From the NCBI RefSeq assembly GCF_030028105.1, contig NC_092379.1, positions 28,451,821-28,515,820 on the forward strand: 64,000 nucleotides of DNA, read 5' to 3'. The position numbers were made by a program, and so were the translations under genes. Position 1 is the stretch's first letter. Every line of letters begins with the position of its first letter. The notes beneath the pieces were generated by a model, which was given only the letters and a program-made list of their open reading frames with translations, was not told the origin of the DNA and searched no databases. Source of the DNA: Mobula birostris. Lineage: Eukaryota. Below, piece after piece: positions 1 through 10,397 of the stretch.

Positions 1-311
1 ATAGTAAAACACTTCTGCTGTAAAACTTCCCAAGAAAACTCATGAAGCACCATCGTTCACATCATACGACGCGGCACATAATGTTGATGATCATGATGGA
101 TCGGTTACCGGATTCGGATATCGCACAGATGCGGAGTGAAAGACACTGAAGACAGTCGGTAATTTGCAGACTTTAATGCGACAAAACGTAAGAGGAAATA
201 TAAAAAAAAGTAAACGCTCGGCCGAACAGGGCTGTTAACTACAATTCTCAAAACGGAAAGTGAAGCCTATACTGCGGCAGAAAATAACACCTAAACATTG
301 AACGAATACCG

Positions 312-3300
312 CTAGTCTTCAGAGTCAGTTGACTCGAAAGTCCAATTTCCCAGAGACGGCCGAATGCAAACAAACAGCAAAGTGCTGTTGTGCCCTGTCC
401 CACTCTCGACAGGCACTACGACGACAAGCATGGAGTGAAATACCATCACGATTAAATAATAATTAGCTGATACATGTATATTCACAAGAGCAATTGCTGC
501 ATCTACCGCGCTGCCGAATTCGTTGTTGTGACAGGGCACCCTTCTCGAGGTGCAGCTTCTGAGGCGGCACAGGCCTGTGTCCGCTGGAAGTCATGAATCA
601 GCGACCTGTCAAACATGTCCTTCGCCTGAATCTAAGTACCTTCTTCTGGGCTATACCCTTCCCAGTCCATAAGGTACTGGACCTTCCGCTGTACCCCAAA
701 GATGCCAGGAGGTGCTGCGAGGTATAGAGAAGAGAGCCATCTACCAGGCGGGAAGGAGTGGAAGGTGGTGTGACTGGGACAAGGGGACAGCTAGTAACCG
801 GTTTGTGCTGGGAAACATGGAAAACTCGGTGGTCTTCAGTGATGCTAGTAGATGCAATCTATAGGAAACCTTGTTGACAGCCTTTTCCACTACAAACGGT
901 CGCACGTTTGATGGCAAACATGCCCCCTTACCTGGCTTGGATGGCCTTACCTGTCGACGGAGCTGATCGGCGAGCCGGGAATGCTGTTTTTGCGCGCGCA
1001 GCAGAGAAGTCCTGGTTTGTCTCCAGGTGCGCTTGCAGCGCTGGATTAGCCTGTTCATAAGCAGGAACAACTACGTGGGGTTGGAAGATCCAAGATAGCG
1101 CAAGGTTGTCTCCAACTACTGGTTTACTCTCTTAGTGTGGCCATTAGATTGAAGCTGGCAGTGGCTCCTACAACAGAGCAGAAATCCTTCCAAAAGCTTG
1201 AAGTGAACTGTTGTACACGATCGGACACTAGGCCTTGAGGAAAGCCAGGGAGCCCGAACACATGTTGAACCGTGAGTGTGCCAGTCTCATGAGCCGATTG
1301 GAGCTGGGCGAGAGCAATGAAGTGGATAAACTTGGAACTCCGATCCACGACGACCAAAACACAAATGGCAGTGCTTCCATTAAACTGGAGCAGACTAGTG
1401 ATGAAATCTACCGAGAGGTGTGACTGGGGCTGTGGGGCACAGGCACTGGACAAAACAGTCCGGCAGGACGCTGGCGTGATGTCTTTTTCCGAGCGCAAGT
1501 GGAACAGGCAGATACAAAGTCGTGTACATCCTGGTACAGAGATAGCGACCAAAATTGTCTCTTTAAAAAATCCTGAGTCCGTTGAATTCCAGGATGACCA
1601 GTCAGATGGGAGGAATGACCCCATTCCAACACTTTGGAACGCACCGCAGCAGTGACAAACAGCCGGTTGGGAGGGCCCCCATCAGACACTCGATCTGATT
1701 GTTGGGCGGCCCAAATATCTGCCTCTATTTGCTTGATCACCGGAGCAGCGATACACGAGCGAGGAAGTTTTGGCTCTTTTCAGATCGGTCGAATTGACGG
1801 GAGAGACCGTCCGTCTTTGTATTCTTGTTGCCGAGAGGGAAAGTGAGGATGAAATTGAACCCTGTGAAGAAGAGAGCCCACCGGGATTGACAAGAGTTGA
1901 GTTTCTTAGCATCCCGAATGTAAGAGAGGTTCTTGTAATCTGTCCAGACCAAGAATGGATGCTATGAACCGTCAGTCAGTGGCACCATTCCTTCAGAGCG
2001 ACCTTGAAATCCAGAAGATGCCGGTTCCCAACATCGTAATTCCTTTCCGACGGAGCCAAGCGACGGGATAGAAAGGCATAGGGGTGCAGACGACTATCCG
2101 CAGACGATCACTGATAGAGGATAGCTCCAATGCCTACATCTGATGCATGCACCTCGACAATGAATGGCTGAGATGGGCCTGGGTGTTGCAGCAGCGGGGC
2201 AGTGGTGAAACGTCGCTTCAGCTCTGAAAATTCTAGTTGGGTATAGTCCGTCCAATGGAATTCCGCCGAGGTCTTCTTGGTGGATGCATTAATTGGAGCC
2301 GCGAAACAGCCGAAATTTCTTATGAACCTGCGAGAAAATTTCATAAACCCCATGAAGCTCCGTACTTGTTCGACATTAGACGATCTGGTCCACTCTGCAA
2401 CTGCCTGAACTTTGTTGGAGTCCATTTGAACACTAGGTTGTGTAAGGATATAGCCCAAAAGCGACACCGAGTCTTTATGGAATTCACATTTTTCAGGCTC
2501 GGCGTACAGGTTTTTTTCAAGAAGGTGCCTGAGTACTGGAGACGATTAACGCGGATATGAATTTCGACAACAGTCTAGAGATCCTGTACTGTATCTCTCC
2601 TGCCAATTCATCTTTAATTTCACCTGATAATCACAGACAAAGACTGTTGTAAGGACAACAGCTTTCCAGCGTCTCGTCCGTGGACTGCGTGGCCAAACCC
2701 TCTTCAGCTTCATGGGTAATGATGGTACGTTTGCACAACTTCGAAAATTCATCTCCAAGAGCCCTTCAGACGGGCGAGAGATTTACCAGAGAGCTGCGAG
2801 TTGATGTAGGCCCTTTCCATAGGGCGGAGGAGAATACGGTGAGTTTGAGATCGAAAGCCAGTAAGCACGGGATACGAAACAGTCTACCTAGCTTTGGGTT
2901 GCCTTCAATTAGTTGGGGCATCATCAGGTTCGAGGCGCACTATGGAAACCGTGGAAAAACGGTACGAAACAAGCGGGCAACATCTCGATGTTGTCTGGAG
3001 GCTCAAGAATTCGGGCGGCAGCAGGAATTTTCTCATGCCTATCCACGGTGATTTCCGGGTTGGTCACACTGTGATGCGTCCATAAATTTTTCTGCCGTGC
3101 TGTAACAGAAGTATTTCCAAGTATAGATTCGACACGGAGCTGTTGTTATGAAGCTCTGTTGCTTTAGATGGTGCGGTGCTAGGAGAGTCTTGGATCCAGT
3201 AGACCCAAGAGCAAAGGATACCAGAGTCGAGGTTGGAGTTGAACAAATAATTTACAGCCATGCACTGGTGCAGAGAGAACACAAATGAGGACTCGAAAGT

Positions 3301-3420
3301 CACTACACACAGGGTAAGTTGCCCCAAGACTGTTCAAAGACTAACAAACCAAAGGGAGTTTCAGGCAAGCATAACTATGCAAAGCTGCACTGAATACTAA
3401 ATCCAACAAAAGTGAAAGTA
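312..3420 (-). mobile_element. Decayed, internally deleted Ty3/Gypsy LTR retrotransposon (gag, RT/RNaseH, integrase fragments)
   Basis: Minus-strand ORFs 2108-2467 (LLGYI..VQMDSNKVQAVAEW..VRSFMGF; HPGPSQPFIVEVHASDVGIGAIL), 1737-1952 ([17 protein letters not shown]), 1408-1740 (HSSHLTGHPGIQRT..CSTCAR) and 1124-1624 (LSVDFIT..VVVDRSSKFIHF..LVSDRVQQFTSSFW), plus gag-like sequence at ~2550-3085. A purine tract is followed by TGTCA at 533 (putative 3' LTR start). The LTR ends are uncertain and the two LTRs share only short matches (gactcgaaagtc). Confidence 0.8.
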
Positions 3421-3955
3421 ATCAACAAATCATCATGGGAGATGAAGCGTCGAATCCTAGTAGACTATGGCGCCACAGGTGGTCACTCTGGAGCATATCG
3501 CCATCTACCACTTCAAACCCACTGTTACACACATACGAGCATCTACGAAAATAGACGCTCACGATTTCCAGTAATTTAGTCATAAGGAAAATATTTTTTT
3601 TTGATTTTCAAGGAAATATATTGCAAAGCGGTTAGTTGCAAAAACATGTGAAATTTAAATTGACGATAAATTCCACATTCTTCAACATCTATCGTTCCTG
3701 ATTTTTAATTCCATTACGTGACCATTACTGTTTACTTTGTGTTTCTTTCCATAACGCGGTTATGGGAGTGCTCTACTTTCAACTCAATGGCACATCCAGA
3801 GTGGATCATCGTCAGAATCAACCAGTCCTCTACAACAGCGTGGGCTACATGGTGGAGATGTGCACAACGAGATCAGAAACCAGAACAGTTAGTATAATTA
3901 AACGAGATATTTAGATATCGTTCCTTAATTCAGCCGTATGCCTCAGCGGAAATTG

Positions 3956-4790
3956 GATTAGATTAGATTAGATTATGAGGACACTAAATCCTCGTTTATT
4001 GTCATTTATAAATGCATGCATTAAAAGTGATACAATGATCCTCCGGTATGATATCACAGAAAAAAAAAAAACAAGACAGACCAAGATTAAAACTGACAAA
4101 GATCACATAATTATAACATACAGTTACCACAGTGCAAAGCAATACAGTAATTTGATAAGAGCAGACCATGGGCACGGTAAAAAAAAAAAAAATCGAAGTC
4201 CTAAATAGTCCCAACATCTCACGCAGACGGTAGAAGGGAGAAACTCTCCCTGTCATGAGATTCCAGCGCCGCAAACTTGCCGATGCAGCATCCTGGAAAT
4301 ACCCGACCACAGTCCGACTCTGAGTCCACCCGAAAACCTCGAGCCTCCGATCAGCCTTCCGACACCGAGCACCGAGCACCATCTCTGCCGAGCGTTTCGA
4401 CTCCGACCCCGGCCGCCAAGCAACAGGCAAAGCCGAGGATCAGGGGCCTTCCCGTCTGGATATTCGAATCATGCAGTTGGAGCGGCAACGAAAAAGGCAT
4501 TTCAGAAGTTCACCAGATGTTCCTCCGTGCTCTCACGTCTGCCTCAATCAAATCAGAATTGTGCACGGCATCCTACTTGACAGATAACAGATATTCATCA
4601 GCAGGGAGGCCGCACGTGCTGCGTTGCGCCGCCATCTTCTCCTCCTCCTGGAGAAGATTCTGGAGGTGGTGTCATCTTTTTCCAGATATCTCTTCATCAA
4701 ATAGAGATTGTTCGTGGTGCTGAATGTGCCAAGATACATCTGCACCATAATGATCATCTGTCATTCACCGAAGATTAATTTTAAAAGTTA
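3956..4790 (-). repeat. Interspersed repeat with (GATTA)n end, family not identified
   Basis: The (GATTA)n run at 3956-3974 is followed by a GC-richer body typical of a non-autonomous retroelement. No diagnostic protein motif. Confidence 0.35.
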
Positions 4791-4849
4791 CTACGTCAAT
4801 GAAGGTTTCCCACGGGTTCGTGCGATAAAGGACGAAAGGGATATTCAGC

Positions 4850-5137
4850 CACATTTTCCAACTTTCCCAGAGGGCACGGTATTGTAGCAGCAGAAAGCCA
4901 GGAGGAGTCACGGCCTATACAACTATAATCAAGAAAGAACTGAGATAAAAGTTCTTTTCTGACTTCTGTCCCGATCGAAAAGCAGATAACTTTTAATAGG
5001 TTAGTTCCATTTGACCAGTAGTGCAGAATGAGTTCAGATCGGAAGCCCCCATCAATCTGTACCAAACTGGACGTGCAACATTGCTACAGGACTAGTGGAG
5101 AGATCACTGAATCCTCCAGGCAACATCAGAATCATGG
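4850..5137 (-). pseudogene. Highly decayed V-like remnant
   Basis: Leader-like end ATG ATT CTG ATG TTG CCT G runs directly into GAG GAT TCA GTG (EDSV). Further down are TCC TGT AGC..TGG TAC AGA (C..WYR) and GAC TCC..TTC TGC. A CCAATC at 5273 and a TC tract upstream match the other V promoters. Multiple frameshifts and no recognisable RSS. Confidence 0.5.
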
Positions 5138-5317
5138 GCTCTCTCTGTTTTTTAATATATATATAATATATAACGTTGTCACTCTCTGCTACATATTGCC
5201 TCCTATCTTCTTTCCAGGTCTCTGTAGGTCTTTCCTGCACCCATGCAATTCCGATTCCTTCCAAATTACCGTCCAATCGGTATGGGCTTTATTTGTACTC
5301 GCCTGTCACATCTTTGT

Positions 5318-5326
5318 TTCTCTCTC

Positions 5327-5398
<72 letters not shown>

Positions 5399-5400
5399 TC
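5318..5400. repeat. (TC)n microsatellite
   Basis: Direct read of the sequence. Confidence 0.95.
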
Positions 5401-5698
5401 CTCTCATTGTCCCAAAGACTCCTTCATCCTCGGGGAATTCTACCAAAGATAAGCGCAACAAAGTTGTCAATATACACTTAAGCTTCAAGTTTTGCGGAGA
5501 TCCTACGTGAGCGTTTGACTCTCACATGGATTCAACTTAAGTTCTGTAGCTTGCATGTTTTGTCGTGGTGATTGTCGCTATCATGAGATGGACACGTGCC
5601 CTCCTCTGATTTATGCTGGGCTCACAGTGCTTCAGAAAAGCGCGCGCCCTGTCCACCGTCTGTTTTATTCGGATCTTGCATCTCACTTTAACAATATG

Positions 5699-6089
5699 AG
5701 TTCCTAGATACGAAGGTACACAGCGGATTCTGACATAGTAAACTCGAGGATGAAAAGATATATAACCATCTTCCTGGCTTGCTGAAAAAAGCTGTAAACC
5801 TCGTTGGACATTTTGGAGATTGGTACACCTTTGTGTTATACACCTTCAGCAAGTACCTTGGAAGTTCTCCTTGATGCCAAACGTTATAAACGAACACAGC
5901 CATTATATAGTTGCAGGCCAATGCTATTGGCTGCGATTCTTAACAGTTAATTTACGATGGTACTGCGCTACTGAATCTTTCCCATGTATTCCAGCTATAA
6001 ATGACAGAGAAACCTTCTACTTACGGGCCAAGAATCTGCAGCAGGACTAAAAGGACCAACGTCGGGGTAGGAAAAAAAAAGAAATACAT
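5699..6089 (-). pseudogene. TRAV/TRDV-type V pseudogene
   Basis: GIHGKDSVAQ..LACNY..VW HQGELPRYLLKVY..PKCPTRFTA..SESAVYL. It has an in-frame stop, frameshifts and only a ~30-nt intron. Degenerate RSS (heptamer CATATTG at 5692-5698, poor nonamer at 5661-5669). Confidence 0.85.
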
Positions 6090-6149
6090 GGAACCTGGTA
6101 TCACGCAAGGCCTAAAAGCAGATCACAAACAATAGGACAGCTGAATCTG

Positions 6150-7820
6150 CTGAGAATTCGAGAAACATACACAGAATTCTGGAGGAAATCTGCAGGCCAG
6201 ACAGAAACTCTGGAAAAAATACAGTCGACGTTTTCGGCCGAAACTCTTTGGCAGGACTGGAAAAACAACAAAAAATCTATGCTGCCTGTTTGTCGCGTAC
6301 ATTCAATAGTCTCTGTTCCAAGATGCTCCCCTCTCTTCAGACAAAAGGCGTAACCATGTGTACTCGCATGGGTCCCTGCTATGACTGCCAGTTTAGCGGC
6401 TACGTGGAAGTGTCTATGTTCCAAACCTACGCTGGTGACCGTCCCACAATTTTCCTCCGTAAAGTCGCAGATTGCATTGTTGCTGCTTCCTGCACCCGAG
6501 CTGTACTCGTCGATTTCATCTAATTTGGCTCCATCTTCCTCCCTGCACCTAGTACATTTTCGACAATTCCCTTCACTTTCTAATCTCATTGTCTGTATCT
6601 TCCTGGACAGTTTTTTCCATTGATCTCTATTACAAACCCACAGTCTCTCGCAGCTACCTAGATTATACCTCGTCCCACGTTGCTACTTATAAAAACACCA
6701 TCTCCTTCAGTCAGCTCCCCCGTCTCCGCCGCATCTCCTCACAGGATGAATCTTTGTATTCTAGAACGAAGGAGTTATCATCCATTTTCAAAAAAGGGGG
6801 CTTCCCTTCCTCCACTATCAACGCTGCTCTCATCTGCATCTATTCCATTTCACAAACGGACCGAGTACTCCATTCTCCGGCCAACATACCAGGGATAAGG
6901 TCCTCCTTCTCCTCACCTGCCACTCCACCATCCTCAGCTTCTAGCACATATATCTCCGAAACTGTCGCAACCTCCAACGGGATCCCACCACCAAGCAATC
7001 TTTTCGCACCCAACCCGCAACCACACATACTGCTTTCCAGAAGGATCGCTCCTATGCGACTCCCTGGTCTATTCATCCCTCCCCACTGATCTCCCTCTTG
7101 CCACTTACACTTGCAAACGTTACAAGTAATACTCCGGCCACAACACACCCCGCTTCGCTACCATCCAGGTCGCTAAACGGTCTTTCCAGCAGGGTGCCAC
7201 TTCACTCGGGAATCTGTTGGGGTCATAAACTGTGTTCGGTGCTCCCTCTGTAGTGTCCTGTAGATTGGTGAGATCTGGCGTTAATTGGGGAACTAGTTCG
7301 CCAACCATCTACGCTCCGTCTTCCAGAAGAAAGCAGGATTTCCTAGTGGACAACCATTTTAAATCCACTTCTAATTTCTTTTCCAATATGTACATCCACT
7401 GCCCTGATGAGACCACACTTAGGTTGCAGGAACAGCAACTATATTCCGTTTGGGCAGCCTCCATCCCAATGGCATGGACATAATTTCTGAAACTTCCAGT
7501 AATGCCCCCACAATACCCACCCTTCTTCATCATTTCCCATTCTGTTCTCCCTGCATGATCTTATCACCTTGCCATCCCATCGCTTCCCCTTTGGTAGACT
7601 TCCACACTACCACCCCCCACCCATCTTTTTCTTTCCTCCATGGTACTTCATCTCTTTCAACAATCAACTTCCCAGTTTTTCCCCTCCCTCCAATCTACAA
7701 ATCTACTCGTCATATTTTGTCTCCAGATCTGTCGATGTAATTCGGCCAGAAATGTCGACTGTACTTTCCTTCCATTGATAGTATTCGTCTGAGCCCCTGC
7801 AGCATTAAGTTTGCGTTGAT
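6150..7820 (+). mobile_element. Penelope-like retroelement (RT + GIY-YIG remnant) with inverted pLTR copy at 5' end
   Basis: QTKGVTMCTRMGPCYDC..QTYAGDRPTIFLRKVADCIVAASCT (6248-6523) and IDLYYKPTVSRSYLDYTSSH..LPRLRRISS (6589-7089). pLTR-like gtcgac..cggcc..gaaa motif reversed at ~6170-6265 and forward at ~7720-7800. Confidence 0.85.
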
Positions 7821-7829
7821 ATAAAGAAA

Positions 7830-8028
7830 CAGTCCACTCAGGAATAAGAAAATCGTTTATTCAAGAGGTTACTGCGTAACTGACACATCGCACTCGATCC
7901 TGCAATAACAGACAGAATATGTAAAAAGTGCGAATTTGCACTGCACCCGATTTACACACTGACGGGTTTTGCAAAAATACACCTGGCAACACAGGCAATA
8001 TAAACAGTAAGAATCAGATGGCATTCAT
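7830..8028 (-). pseudogene. 5' half of a V (leader + FR1 fragment), paralog of 8776-9202, truncated at the Penelope element
   Basis: 46-nt leader 7983-8028 with an in-frame TGA and acceptor ttattgcag|GATCGAGTGC at 7899. The upstream region 8030-8185 is alignable to 9204-9360, including CCAATC at 8171. Confidence 0.85.
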
Positions 8029-8282
8029 GGTGTCTTGCATCAAGCTCGATTATATTCGAGCAAGCAGATTCCGTTCCTTAAGCTATTTTCACTTAGCCGA
8101 TGTTGGAGAATGCAACAGCATGTGCGGAAACTCCACTCTGTGAAATACATGGGGACGTTCGCTGTTTGCACCAATCGGAAATGCGTTCATTCAGTTTCCC
8201 TGCAGACTTATTTCGCCTCCTCTATCTGCTCCATTCTCTTTGTATCTATCTCTCTATCTTTCTTTCTTTCTATCTATGTATT

Positions 8283-8460
8283 GAGGAAGTTAGATATGGC
8301 CCTTGTGGCTACGGGGATCAGGAGGTATGGAGGGAAGGCTGGGGCAGGGTTCTGAGTTGGATGATCAGCCATGATCATAATAAATGGCAGTGCAGGCTCG
8401 AAGGGCCGAATGGCCTACTCCTGCACCTATTTTCTATGTTTCTATATGTTTCTATGTATC
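8283..8460 (+). mobile_element. CR1 LINE 3'-end fragment
   Basis: Same 3' terminus (ggccgaatggcctactcctgcacctattttctatgtttcta) as the reverse complement at 10541-10700. Confidence 0.85.
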
Positions 8461-8736
8461 TATTTATCTCTATCACTATCTCTCTCTATTCCTATTGTTA
8501 TTGCTACCTATCTCTTTCTCTCACTCACTCACTCTCTCTGTTTCACCAGTCTAGTTCACTCGTTCCCTCTGTCTACTTAATCACACAAGCATCTCACACC
8601 TGTTACAAACAGCCCTGGTTTTCTGAATGTCGCCTGATTTAGCAGACCAAGGACCATCGCTGTTTCTTGAGTGCATCCTTCATATTTTGCCTCTCGGCGC
8701 GCCCTCTGGTGAGTATGTTCAACATAACTCATGCTA

Positions 8737-8775
8737 GGTTTTTGTACGGATTTGGCATCTCCGCGCTACAGTGTG
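8737..8775 (-). other. 23-RSS of intact V
   Basis: Heptamer CACACTG (8769-8775), 23-nt spacer, consensus nonamer ACAAAAACC (8737-8745). Confidence 0.95.
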
Positions 8776-9202
8776 GGCTCCATGGCACAGAGATACACGG
8801 CGGAGTCCGAAACAAGAGCTCCCGAGATATATAAATGAGCGACCTGGCGGTCTTTCTGTAAAGCACCCGTAAATCTCTGCGGACATTCGGCAGAACGATC
8901 CATCCCTGTATTGCGGAGCCTCAGGAAGTATTGCAAACCTCCCGATTGATGCTGAATGTACCAAAAAATATATCTATTGGCTTTAGAGTAACTGCAGTTC
9001 AATATCACCTTGTGTCCTTCCTCAATAGTTAATTCAAGAGGCTGTTGCGTAACTGAATCTTCAGCACTCGATCCTGCAATAAATAATACAATATGTGAAC
9101 AGCGTGGACTTCCATTGAACCTCATTAAAACACTGACTACTTTCGCAGAAACTCACCCGACAACATAGCAAATATTATCATTAAGAAGCAGATATCATTC
9201 AT
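8776..9202 (-). CDS. Apparently functional TCR alpha/delta V segment (leader 9157-9202, intron 9074-9156, V exon 8776-9073)
   Basis: Leader MNDICFLMIIFAMLS with G|GTGAGT donor and ttgcag acceptor. Open V: SSAEDSVTQQPLELTIEEGHKVILNCSYSKANRYIFWYIQHQSGGLQYFLRLRNTGMDRSAECPQRFTGALQKDRQVAHLYISGALVSDSAVYLCAME, with both canonical Cys, the Trp and a 23-RSS. Confidence 0.93.
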
Positions 9203-9344
9203 GGTGTTTAACATCAAGCTTGATGACACTCAATCAAGCAGAATCCCTTCATTAAGCCATTACACCTTAGCGGATGTCGGAAGTATAATCATATCCGTGG
9301 TACCTCCCACTCTGTGAAAGACATGGGGGCGTTCCCTGCCTGCA

Positions 9345-9349
9345 CCAAT
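9345..9349. promoter_or_regulatory. Conserved CCAAT/Y-box in V promoters (also 5273, 8171, 23495, 29308, 40030, 41266, 57832; variant 31785)
   Basis: (g)caCCAATC(a/g)gaa recurs 114-193 nt upstream of the leader ATGs. It reads GATTGG on the V sense strand. Confidence 0.7.
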
Positions 9350-9406
9350 CGTAATCGGAATGGGTGTGTTCAGTTTCTCTCCATACTTATTTCTCCTTCC
9401 TTTTCT

Positions 9407-9409
<3 letters not shown>

Positions 9410-9474
<65 letters not shown>

Positions 9475-9480
9475 ATCTCT
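9410..9480. repeat. (TC)n microsatellite
   Basis: Direct read. Confidence 0.95.
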
Positions 9481-10120
9481 CTGTCTCTGTCCCCCTCTCT
9501 CTCTCTCTGTTTCTTCATCCTCCTCTCACTATTTGAATAAGCCACCTCAATTCAGTCTGCAATTTTTTCCAAATTATTTATGTAGATCTGAAATAGCCTT
9601 GGGACCATCTTTCATCCAATGACAGTCCACTCGGTATTCATTGTCAATCCGAAAAAGAGCATCCATTTCTATCCACTTTTCGGAAGCTGATGTCAATAGA
9701 CTCCACCTGAATTTTATCTTCATCAGAAACATTTTCGCGTGATGTGGTCTAGTCATATACACCCTCATTATCTCCAGGTTGTACCCATCTTCACTATTCA
9801 ACCCTCAACGTGGTGAAAAATGATGTTCAGCAAAATCTTAACCAGAAAATATTGTTATAAGCAGCAAAGAGAGACACTGATAGGGAGATATAATGGAAAA
9901 GTTTCGGTAATCAGCCACAATATCACTAGAGGAAAGTGGAATTCAAGAAGTTTTTTCCTAAAGGTTGGGGGCATTTTGCTGCTGAATGCAGAGTTTTATG
10001 TCGACCATGTAATCCCTATTCTTCGTGCGTGCGGCTGTTCAAGTTTCTTAGCAAAGACGACCGCTAGTGATCATGCAAGTCTGGATTTTGTCGAAACCGT
10101 TCTCTCTCTGCAAGACAGAG

Positions 10121-10371
10121 TGGTCCATTGCACGGAGGGTTACGTCAGAGCCAGGGACAAGAACTCTAGATATATTGAGATTAGCTGACTCTGCGTTTGT
10201 GCATATCAGTTGTAATCGTCGCAGGACATTCTGGTGGACGTTCCAGTTCTCATGAGCCATATACCTTCAGCAGTTATTTATTTTCGAGACTTTCCGCGAT
10301 TCTGTGTGTATCGAAAAGACTTGCATTAATTTATGATATTTGCAGTTCAGTGCTATTGTCTGACTTTCAGA
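10121..10371 (-). pseudogene. V pseudogene lacking leader and first part of FR1 (paralog of 31155-31630)
   Basis: SESQTIALNCKY..FRYTQNRGKS..LLKVYGS..ERPPECP. Stops and frameshifts. Nonamer ggattttgt at 10083-10091 with a degraded heptamer. Confidence 0.85.
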
Positions 10372-10397
10372 CTGGCCAAAACCGTATGAGAATATTC

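Noticed and set aside
3067-3073. Perfect heptamer (cactgtg)
   Set aside because: It lies in the Gypsy gag start with no nonamer at either spacing, so a chance occurrence is expected.
5028-5510. Long ORFs with SLSLSL/ERERER runs (also 9314-9622, 39086-39681, 46323-46646, 57769-58424, 61910-62276)
   Set aside because: Artefacts of stop-free TC-rich microsatellite and pyrimidine tracts.
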